This document shows positions 1-7,741 of a stretch of 36,755 bases of DNA, one piece after another. Each line of letters begins with the position of its first letter. Position 1 is the first letter of the stretch. The DNA is taken from contig JAWXBZ010000252.1 of assembly GCA_034440375.1 (NCBI GenBank), positions 1 through 36,755 on the forward strand, read 5' to 3'. The position numbers and the translations under genes were made by a program. The notes beneath the pieces were generated by a model. It ran no database searches, was not told the origin of the DNA, and worked only from the letters and a program-made list of their open reading frames with translations. The stretch comes from Candidatus Eiseniibacteriota bacterium (lineage in GTDB: Bacteria; Eisenbacteria; RBG-16-71-46; JABDJR01; JAWXBZ01).

Positions 1-9
1 CGTAAGTAG
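1..9 (+). CDS. Probable 3' end of an upstream gene (…Arg-Lys-stop)
   Basis: CGT AAG TAG directly before a strong terminator; the next gene also ends VVRK*. Only 3 codons are visible. Confidence 0.35.
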   Translation, partial: RK

Positions 10-26
10 CAACAGTTCAATCAGTT

Positions 27-62
27 AAAGTGGGGTGGCCTTCGGGCCACCCCACTTTTTTT
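27..62 (+). terminator. Intrinsic terminator
   Basis: Perfect inverted repeat AAAGTGGGGTGGCC / GGCCACCCCACTTT around a C(TTCG)G tetraloop, ending in a 7-T run. Confidence 0.95.
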
Positions 63-107
63 CGTGAACTCACATGAACTCAAGAACAGGTTGGCACTTC
101 TTTAGTA

Positions 108-135
108 TTGACATAAATTCAGATCCCTTTACGAT
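108..135 (+). promoter_or_regulatory. sigma70-type promoter for the gene at 254
   Basis: TTGACA (108-113), 16-bp spacer, TACGAT (130-135), in an AT-rich gap. Confidence 0.6.
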
Positions 136-253
136 AACCGTCTTGTCCCGTCCGCCAATCACATCGTCAGCTTCAATGTCCGTCATCCTCGCCTACCCGA
201 TAGATACTCGGGACGGCCCGGGCTACTCGGAGCTGACAAAGGGGGGTAATCTC

Positions 254-2518
254 ATGTTCACTTCGTCAAAACGATGTACCGCTCGCCGCCTATCTGCACT
301 CTTAGTCACTCTCATCGCCATACTGCTCCCGACCGCGGCCCGTGCCTCCCACGAGGCCATCATGGTCGACGGCAACCTGACCGATCTGATCCTGGCGGTC
401 AATAACAACCTGGGCCCGGACCAGGGCGGCTTCTCCATCCCCGATCCACTGGGCGAGATCTACCCTCAGGGTGGCTGTTTCTATGTGAACGGCTACGATC
501 TACGCCACTCCTACGTCTTCATCGACTTCAAGGACGAGATGGGTGAGGTGACGCCGAATGATGTCACCCTGTACGTCGGCTGGGACATGGAAGGAAATGT
601 GGGTGATGTCGACGGCGACGGCGACCCTTCCACTTTCAATCCGGTCGGCCCGGGAGCCGCCTGCGGCGCTTTCAGCGATGGCGCCGGCATCTCGGATGCC
701 GAGTCCTACAACGTGCTGCTCAATCTCGACTGCACGGGCGCCATTGACGATATCCGCATCCAGATCAAGAACAACCTGGTCCGGAAGGTTGTCGGCGGTG
801 TCGCCACGTTGATTCCCGGGGCCACGTTCGCCTTCGTTGGCGACAAACTCGAGCTGTGCGTTCCGAACTACCAGGACCTGATTTCGGGGCTGGCCATCAC
901 GACAGACCTCTGCAATGCCCGCATCATCCTGCTGGCCAATGCCGAGTTCGACTTCCTCGCCGAGGATCTGTCGGATGCGGTCCAGCTCCAAGTGGCACCG
1001 TCCATCCTGGTCGAGAAGAACCCGCCGGTCCAGGACATCTGCGCCGGCGAGCCGGTCACCTGGACGATCACGGTCACGAACGACGGGCTTTGCCGCCTGG
1101 ATGACATAACCGTCGAGGACATCCTCGGCGCCGGCATGACCTATGAGAGTTCGAACACGCTGCCGACGTCGGTCGTCGGCCAGACCATTCGTTGGGTCTA
1201 CACCAACATCGACCTTCTGCCAGGGCAGACCATCAATCTGACGTTGACCGCCGACACCGCGTCGCCCTGTGCCACCCCGATATTGACCAACGGCGTGTCA
1301 GTGGAAGGTGCGCACTTCGACCCCTGCCTCGGGCCGGGGGCGCCACCGGCGACGACCAACTCCAACGACTCGGCCACCATCAATTGCCGGGACCTGCCGC
1401 TTTGCGACATTGACGGACCGTCCACAGTTGCCGTTGGGGGCACGGTAGCGGTCATGACCGCATTGAATCCGGCCGATTATGGCCTCTCCTGGTCGGCCAT
1501 CTCCGATCCGGCTGGCATTTGCCAGATCGTCGGGATGACAACGGGCGTTGCTACGATTAACGTCATGTTCACCGGAGCCGGGGCCTGCACCGTCACGCTT
1601 ACGGTCACGGATCCGGTAAACCCGGAAATCTGCGTGAGTAGCTGTACCCACATCATCACGGCTACCGACCGTGGCGGCTTTGCCTGTCCACACACGATTG
1701 GTTTCTGGCGCCAGCAGTGCGCGCAGCGCGGCAATGGATCGACCAAGGTTTGCCGTGACGGCATGGACAACCTGTGGCGCTGCGTCATCACGCAAACCGG
1801 TGTGATCCGGTGGCTGAAGAACGACGGCGGCTACGAAACCACGGCATCGCTGGCGGCCCTTTCGGACGCCACCCGCTTTGATCGTCTCTGCAGCCAGCTC
1901 CAGGGTCCGCGGCCGATGACCCTCTCGAACATGATCGAAGTTCAGTACCTGGGGCTCATGCTCAACGTCTGCTCGGGTGCCTTGCCACTCGATATCGAAA
2001 TCTCGAACATCTTCACTGGCACGGTGGCCGAGGCGATCGAGGCGATCGAAAACGCCATCAATACCGGCGTGGATATCGGCTACTGGAAGGATGTCGCGGA
2101 CAACATCAACAACCGGATCGGTGTTCTGGCGGCGGATTGCCCGGAAGGGGACGATCTGTTCCGGAATCTCCCCGGCTGCGAGGTCGATATTCCGAGTAGC
2201 CTCGGGTTGCCGGGCTTCGGCGACCTGGAGACGGTGGCCACCCGGCCCTTCCCGAACCCGGTCACCTCGAACGCCACATCGATCGAGTATGTCATCCCGT
2301 CCCGCCTCGGCTCGGCCGCGGTCAGGATCACGATCTTTGACGTATCCGGTCGCGCCGTGCGCACGATCGCCCCGGCTTCGCAGTCGGCCGGTCAGCATTC
2401 GGTTGACTGGGACCTCCGTGACGACGATGGCACCTCCGTGACGTCTGGTATCTACTTCTACCGGCTCACCGTTGGTGACGAATCGATCACCGAGAAGCTG
2501 ATGGTGGTCAGGAAGTAA
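254..2518 (+). CDS. Secreted Cys-rich multidomain protein: N-terminal beta domain with DVDGDG Ca-loop, DUF11-like domain, Ig-like repeat, HTIGFW domain, FlgD-Ig/T9SS-like CTD
   Basis: Start moved from 74 to ATG 254 (G-rich RBS AAAGGGGGG, followed by a signal peptide ending ARA). WTITVTNDG…VEDILGAGMTY is DUF11-like. PFPNP…IFDVSGRAVRT…WDLRDDDG…SGIYFYRL is the CTD. Confidence 0.85.
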   Translation: MFTSSKRCTARRLSALLVTLIAILLPTAARASHEAIMVDGNLTDLILAVNNNLGPDQGGFSIPDPLGEIYPQGGCFYVNGYDLRHSYVFIDFKDEMGEVTPNDVTLYVGWDMEGNVGDVDGDGDPSTFNPVGPGAACGAFSDGAGISDAESYNVLLNLDCTGAIDDIRIQIKNNLVRKVVGGVATLIPGATFAFVGDKLELCVPNYQDLISGLAITTDLCNARIILLANAEFDFLAEDLSDAVQLQVAPSILVEKNPPVQDICAGEPVTWTITVTNDGLCRLDDITVEDILGAGMTYESSNTLPTSVVGQTIRWVYTNIDLLPGQTINLTLTADTASPCATPILTNGVSVEGAHFDPCLGPGAPPATTNSNDSATINCRDLPLCDIDGPSTVAVGGTVAVMTALNPADYGLSWSAISDPAGICQIVGMTTGVATINVMFTGAGACTVTLTVTDPVNPEICVSSCTHIITATDRGGFACPHTIGFWRQQCAQRGNGSTKVCRDGMDNLWRCVITQTGVIRWLKNDGGYETTASLAALSDATRFDRLCSQLQGPRPMTLSNMIEVQYLGLMLNVCSGALPLDIEISNIFTGTVAEAIEAIENAINTGVDIGYWKDVADNINNRIGVLAADCPEGDDLFRNLPGCEVDIPSSLGLPGFGDLETVATRPFPNPVTSNATSIEYVIPSRLGSAAVRITIFDVSGRAVRTIAPASQSAGQHSVDWDLRDDDGTSVTSGIYFYRLTVGDESITEKLMVVRK

Positions 2519-2544
2519 CTCCACACCACATCGTTAAATCATTC

Positions 2545-2579
2545 AGGGGGGCGACTTTACAGTCGCCCCCCTTTCTCTT
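2545..2579 (+). terminator. Intrinsic terminator
   Basis: AGGGGGGCGACT-ttac-AGTCGCCCCCCT followed by TTCTCTT. Confidence 0.9.
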
Positions 2580-2616
2580 GTCCCCTGCCATCCTTCACGC
2601 ACAGGTGACGGATCTC

Positions 2617-2645
2617 TTGACACCGGCCGGGATCAGTTCGAGAAT
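2617..2645 (+). promoter_or_regulatory. sigma70-type promoter for the gene at 2798
   Basis: TTGACA, 17-bp spacer, GAGAAT, just downstream of the terminator. Confidence 0.5.
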
Positions 2646-2797
2646 GCCCCCCGTGGTCGCGCCCACCTCTCTGACTGGTGGAGTCGTCGGACACCTTGGT
2701 GTCACATGCGTCTCAATGATCCGTGAAAGCCTGTTGGCCCGGCCGTGTCCGGGAGAACAAGCCTCATTCGGTGTCTGGCAGCAGAGGGGGTAGTTTC

Positions 2798-5287
2798 GTG
2801 TCCATTGAAACAAGAACAAGACGAAATCCCGCACATCGGATCCTTGCTCCACTCCTTCTCCTCCTGTTGCTGACAGCGGCTGCCGGGGCAGCCCGGGCCG
2901 AGCACGAGAGCATCGTGATCGACGGCAACCTGACTGACCTGATCAATGCGGTGAATGACAACCTGGGCCCGGACAAAGGAGGCTTCACGGCCACCGATCC
3001 GGTCGGCGACACGTACACGGGAGACTGCAGCTACATCAACGGTTACGACCTTACCCAGACGTATTTCTTCCTCGATTTCAAGAATGAGAACGAGGAAGCA
3101 ACTCCGAACAACCTCACCCTCTACGTCGGATGGGAAGCGACCGGTTTCATCGGCGATGTGGATGGCGACGGAAACCCCAGCACCTTCGATCCGATCGGGC
3201 CAGGTGGCATCAGCGGTTGCGCGGTGGCCGAGGAGGTGGGGATCGGTGTGAACGAGTCATACAATTTGCTGCTGGACCTCGACTGCACAGGCGGCGTTGA
3301 CGACGTCCGCATTCAGGTAAAGAACAATGCGGTTCTGCGCCTGGTCAACAATGTGTCCACCATGATTCCGGGCGCGGTTTACGCCGTGTCAGGCAACCGG
3401 CTCGAGCTGAAGATTCCGAACTATCAGAACGTGCTGGCCGGCCTGAACATCCTGTCCGACCCGTGCGACGCCCGGTTTCGCTTTTCGGCCAATGCCGGGT
3501 TCGACGGGGCGGCCGAGGACATTACGTCATCCTTTCTGTTGACGCTTCCGCCGTCCGTCATCGTTGATTTGAACCCGCCGACTCAGGTCATCTGCGCCGG
3601 TGCAACGGCCAGCTGGACCATTACGGTTACCAACGACGGGCTATGTCGACTGAACGACGTCACGGTCGAGGATGTTCTTGGCGCCGGCATGAGCTTTCTC
3701 AGTTCCAACACCACCCCCACCTCGGTCGTTGGCCAGACGGTCTCGTGGGTGTTTTCCGGGATCAACCTGGCCCCCGGGCAGACGATCAACCTGACATTGA
3801 ATGCGACGACCCAGACACCCTGCGCCAGTCCAACGTTGGAGAACAGCGTATCCGTCGAGGGTGTCCACGTGTCGCCCTGCCTTCCCAACGGCACGCCGTC
3901 ACCGACCACCAATGACACGGACCAGGCCACCGTGTCGTGTCGCGACTTGCCGGCCTGCGCTATCGCCGGCGATGATCACACCAGCTTCCCCTCCACCGAG
4001 AACTACACCACGACGGTCACGACACCCTTTACACGCCTCTGGTCGCTCAGCTCGACCCCTGCGGGGATCTGCAATACCGATGACCCGCTGACCGGCAGCT
4101 CGATCGATGTCAATTTCACGGGCGCGGGGGTCTGCACGGTCAGTCTGACCGTCCGGGATCCGCTGAATCCACAGGTTTGCACCACGACTTGCAACTACCT
4201 GGTCACGATCATTGCCATGGATCCCTGCATCATCACTGGAGAGGATCAGACCTGTTCGGGTTCCAGCCAGACCTTTTCCACTGCCGCCGGAACCCGCTTT
4301 TCAAAGAAATGGACTGCCACCTCGACGCCGGCTGGAATTTGCAATGTCAGCGGGTCCAACACCGGCAATCAGCTCCTGGTCAACTTTACCGGCGTCGGGC
4401 AGTGCACCCTGTCGCTCGTCCTGTTTGACAACGAAGACCCCTCCGACTGCGTAACAACCTGCACGCAGGTGATCACCATTGAGGACTGCCTCGACGCCGC
4501 CGATCTCTACTCGGTCATGGGCAACGCGTGCCTTGTCGAGACGTCCAGCAGTGGTCGCAAGGATCACACTTTCAACGGCAATGTTGGTCCAGCCTCACCC
4601 GGTTCGTGGCAGCACACGGTCCGCGAGAGAGGCAGGACAAACTTCACCTTCATCACTTCCGACGCCCGTGTTGATTCCTGCTTCAATGACGGCTTCACCG
4701 GAACATGCCCACCGCACGGCGATTTCAACAGCATCGCATGGTCGGGCACCGGCCGGTACAGCATTCGGAACGGCAGAAGCAACGTCCAATGCAGATTCAC
4801 TGCCCGCGTGCGGGAGTGCGGCATCCGGGACTACTACCAGATAACCGTCGTTGACCTGAACCGGACGGTTGTCTTCCGCGCGGCCGACTACATTACATGT
4901 GGCGACCTGCAGATGCCCGAGTTCCACGGAATGCAGGGCATCAAGCCGATCAGTGACCCGGGCGGTCCGACAGCGGATCCTATGCTCGGTGGCCAGAACC
5001 TGCTGACCACCCGCCCGTTTCCGAATCCGGTCACTTCCAATGCGGCCTCGATCGACTACAGCATCCCGACTCGCCTGGCGTCGGCGGAGGTTCGAATCAC
5101 GATATTTGACGTGACCGGCCGCGTGATCCGTACCATAGCACCGGGCACGCAGCCAGCCGGCAACCACACGGCCGATTGGGATCTTCGTGACGAGGAAGGC
5201 ACCCCGGTGATTTCGGGCAGCTATTTCTACCGCCTGACGGTCGGGGCGGAGTCGATTACCGAAAAGCTCATGGTGGTTCGCCGGTAA
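2798..5287 (+). CDS. Paralog of 254..2518: secreted Cys-rich DUF11 protein with two Ig-like repeats, a different penultimate domain and a FlgD-Ig/T9SS-like CTD
   Basis: GTG 2798 follows GAGGGGG. Signal peptide ends ARA. Colinear with gene 1 (DGNLTDLI, DVDGDG, WTITVTNDGLCRL, TRPFPNPVTSNA, ESITEKLMVVR). Confidence 0.85.
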   Translation: MSIETRTRRNPAHRILAPLLLLLLLTAAAGAARAEHESIVIDGNLTDLINAVNDNLGPDKGGFTATDPVGDTYTGDCSYINGYDLTQTYFFLDFKNENEEATPNNLTLYVGWEATGFIGDVDGDGNPSTFDPIGPGGISGCAVAEEVGIGVNESYNLLLDLDCTGGVDDVRIQVKNNAVLRLVNNVSTMIPGAVYAVSGNRLELKIPNYQNVLAGLNILSDPCDARFRFSANAGFDGAAEDITSSFLLTLPPSVIVDLNPPTQVICAGATASWTITVTNDGLCRLNDVTVEDVLGAGMSFLSSNTTPTSVVGQTVSWVFSGINLAPGQTINLTLNATTQTPCASPTLENSVSVEGVHVSPCLPNGTPSPTTNDTDQATVSCRDLPACAIAGDDHTSFPSTENYTTTVTTPFTRLWSLSSTPAGICNTDDPLTGSSIDVNFTGAGVCTVSLTVRDPLNPQVCTTTCNYLVTIIAMDPCIITGEDQTCSGSSQTFSTAAGTRFSKKWTATSTPAGICNVSGSNTGNQLLVNFTGVGQCTLSLVLFDNEDPSDCVTTCTQVITIEDCLDAADLYSVMGNACLVETSSSGRKDHTFNGNVGPASPGSWQHTVRERGRTNFTFITSDARVDSCFNDGFTGTCPPHGDFNSIAWSGTGRYSIRNGRSNVQCRFTARVRECGIRDYYQITVVDLNRTVVFRAADYITCGDLQMPEFHGMQGIKPISDPGGPTADPMLGGQNLLTTRPFPNPVTSNAASIDYSIPTRLASAEVRITIFDVTGRVIRTIAPGTQPAGNHTADWDLRDEEGTPVISGSYFYRLTVGAESITEKLMVVRR

Positions 5288-5355
5288 TCTCCAATCGCCG
5301 GGTCGATTCGAATCAACCGGCACCGGCGGCGACGCTGTTCATGAGTTACAATCAG

Positions 5356-5395
5356 GAGTGGGCCGGTCGACCAACCGGCCCACTCTCTTTTCTTT
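5356..5395 (+). terminator. Intrinsic terminator
   Basis: GAGTGGGCCGGT / ACCGGCCCACTC 12-bp stem followed by TCTTTTCTTT. Confidence 0.9.
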
Positions 5396-5451
5396 CCATC
5401 GCCCGCACCCGCATTTCCGACGCGCAACCAGGTGGAAGTGAGCACGATCTG

Positions 5452-6915
5452 ATGGGCATCCTGACAATCCGGTCCTCGATTGGTTCGTGCCTCTCCCCCG
5501 GCCGGCGGCTCCCCGCTGGTTTCGCGGCAGTCCTGACAATGCTGCTTCTACTCGGCGCCTCCTCCCCCGTGTTTGCCTGGAGATTCAGCCATACCGGCGT
5601 CGATTCATCCGGTGGACAGCCCGGACAGTTTAGCTCGATGGTCAAGGCCAGGAATGGTCGGCTCCATGCCAGCTACTACCGGTCCAACAGCGATGACGGC
5701 GGCAAGAACCTGGCCTATGCCACCAGGCCATCTTCAACGACTGGCAGTTGGACCTATGTGACCGTCGACGGCGGTTCCCAGGTCGGCAGCTATTCCTCCA
5801 TTTCTCTCGAGCGAAACGGGAATCCACACATCGCGTATTACGAATCAGAGTTCGCGAACCTGAAGCACGCCTGGTACGACTCCACGCTGGCATCCTGGCA
5901 GACGGAGGTGGTGGATAACATCGGCACCGTGGGGCTCTACACATCCGTCGCCATGGACACGGCCACCGGTGCGGTGAACATCCTGTATCACGATGCCACC
6001 AAACCGGGTCTTAAGTGGGCACACAAGCCGGTGGGCGGACTCTGGAGCTTCAGCTACGTCGACACCAACGGAACCAGCGGCCTGTATGCCTCGGCCATCT
6101 TCAGCGGCGTTCTCGAAGTGGCGTACTACGATCTTCTGTTCGGCAGCCTCCGTTACGCTCGGCAAAGCGGAACCAGTTGGACAATTGAAAATGTGGATAC
6201 ACCCGGCGATGTCGGCCGTTTCGCGGCCATGTCGCGGATCGGCAGCCGGCGCATCATCGCCTACTATGACGTCACCAATCAGCAGTTGAAGGTGGCCGAG
6301 TCGACTGGCCCGAACGCGTGGACGAAAACGGTGATAGATAATGTCGGTAACCCCGGTGAGGGATTGTCGATTGCCGTAGGTTCCGCCCGGCGCCCGGCAA
6401 TCACCTATTATGTTGAGGCGACGCAGGATCTGAAATATGCGGAGCGCTATAGTGGCACCTGGCTTTACGACACCGTCGCCACCGGTGGGGATGTCGGCCG
6501 GTACAGCGCTCTGACACTGGACGACAGCAACCTCCCGGCTCTTCTTTACTACGACGGAACGCAGGGAAAACTGCGGGCCGCCAACGGTCGGGGAGATATC
6601 ACCGGTGTGCCTGAGAGGCCGGCCCCGGGATCGCCGGGATTGGCACCGGCCATCGAGGCGAGGGTCAATCCATTTCGGGACATATGTCCGCTGACATTGA
6701 CCCTGCCGGCTCCCGCCGTTCTTGGCATGGAGATCTTCGACGTCAGGGGTCGAAAGCTCCGCCGGATTGAGGACACCTACTACTCCAGGGGCAGCACCAA
6801 CCTGTCCTGGGATGGCCGGGACGACGCCGGACGTGCGGTAGCCAACGGCCTCTATTTTCTCCGAGTCCTGACACTGGGTGGTACGGCCACCGCGCGGGTC
6901 ACCCGAATTCGATGA
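5452..6915 (+). CDS. Secreted 7-bladed beta-propeller protein with FlgD-Ig/T9SS-like CTD
   Basis: Seven ~47-aa repeats (W..VD..G.VG.Y.S…IAYYD….LKYA); signal peptide ending VFA; CTD IFDVRGRKLR…WDGRDDAG…GLYFLR. Start uncertain, but ATG 5341 lies upstream of the terminator, so 5452 or later is preferred. Confidence 0.85.
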   Translation: MGILTIRSSIGSCLSPGRRLPAGFAAVLTMLLLLGASSPVFAWRFSHTGVDSSGGQPGQFSSMVKARNGRLHASYYRSNSDDGGKNLAYATRPSSTTGSWTYVTVDGGSQVGSYSSISLERNGNPHIAYYESEFANLKHAWYDSTLASWQTEVVDNIGTVGLYTSVAMDTATGAVNILYHDATKPGLKWAHKPVGGLWSFSYVDTNGTSGLYASAIFSGVLEVAYYDLLFGSLRYARQSGTSWTIENVDTPGDVGRFAAMSRIGSRRIIAYYDVTNQQLKVAESTGPNAWTKTVIDNVGNPGEGLSIAVGSARRPAITYYVEATQDLKYAERYSGTWLYDTVATGGDVGRYSALTLDDSNLPALLYYDGTQGKLRAANGRGDITGVPERPAPGSPGLAPAIEARVNPFRDICPLTLTLPAPAVLGMEIFDVRGRKLRRIEDTYYSRGSTNLSWDGRDDAGRAVANGLYFLRVLTLGGTATARVTRIR

Positions 6916-7619
6916 CCGCTCCGCGGCGCGGCCTTGGGATTTTCTACAAGGAGCCGACGCCGGGCCGGGTGAAGACACGCCTGACCCCACCCCTCCGTGC
7001 GGCGGAAGCCTCCGAGCTCTACGCGGCCCTTCTGTCCGACACGATCCAGATGGTGAATCGGGAGTCCCTTCTCGACCTTGTCATCCTGTTTGACGCCGAT
7101 GAACCACCCGGCTGGCGTCCGGCAGCGCCGGCTGACTGGCTCCACCTGCCACAGGCTGGCGTCGATTTGGGCGAACGGATGGAAGCCGGACTCGGAGAGT
7201 TGCTGAATCGCCTTCCCGGGGGGAGGGCCTGCCTGATCGGTTCTGACGCCCCTCTGCTGGACGACCAGGTGCTCGAAAGCGCCTTTCACGCGTTGGCGGA
7301 GGGAGCCGACCTGGTAACAAGTCCCACGCCGGACGGTGGCTACGGCCTGATCGGCGTCTCGCGAAAACCGCCAGACGGCCTGTTGTCCGGGATTGCCTGG
7401 AGTACACGCACGGTCCTCCATGAAACAGAGGCTGCGGCGCACCGGTCTGGCTGGTCTACCGCCCGCGCACTTCCGTGTCAGGACATCGATACTGAGGCTG
7501 ATCTGTCGGTTTTCTTGACTAAATTGAATGCGGAAAACTCTGAACAGCAGGCCAACTCGGCCCCGGCGACGCGTCGCTGTCTCGCTCGCCTCCTGGCCGC
7601 CGGCCGCCTCAGGGGCTAG
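6912..7619 (+). CDS. DUF2064 / TIGR04282-family nucleotide-diphospho-sugar transferase-like protein (CofC-like fold)
   Basis: Motifs KEPTPGRVKTRL, Q.G.DLGERM, LIGSDAP, P.PDGGYGLIG, IAWST, DIDTEADL. ATGA overlap with the previous gene. Confidence 0.9.
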   Translation: MTAPRRGLGIFYKEPTPGRVKTRLTPPLRAAEASELYAALLSDTIQMVNRESLLDLVILFDADEPPGWRPAAPADWLHLPQAGVDLGERMEAGLGELLNRLPGGRACLIGSDAPLLDDQVLESAFHALAEGADLVTSPTPDGGYGLIGVSRKPPDGLLSGIAWSTRTVLHETEAAAHRSGWSTARALPCQDIDTEADLSVFLTKLNAENSEQQANSAPATRRCLARLLAAGRLRG

Positions 7620-7649
7620 TCACAATATTTCAGACTGTTGAGTCTGGCG

Positions 7650-7678
7650 TTGAAGCTCCCAAGCGCTTTGGGTATCAT
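7650..7678 (+). promoter_or_regulatory. sigma70-type promoter for pcnB
   Basis: TTGAAG, 17-bp spacer, TATCAT. Confidence 0.55.
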
Positions 7679-7741
7679 TGGTTAGTAAGATCCCGCCGCC
7701 GGGGCCGTCCCACGGTCGAGAGTACCGTGGTCGAATAGCCC

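Noticed and set aside
92-106. TGGCAC as a sigma54 promoter for gene 1
   Set aside because: The -12 element reads TAGT rather than TTGC, and a sigma70 promoter follows immediately.
74-253. N-terminal 60 codons of ORF 74..2518
   Set aside because: They overlap the promoter region; the RBS and signal peptide point to ATG 254.
1298-2524. Long antisense ORFs (e.g. 1298..2524, 5845..6990, 16094..18334, 20352..21500, 25776..27245, 27553..28746)
   Set aside because: Shadow frames opposite well-supported genes in GC-rich DNA, with no recognisable motifs.
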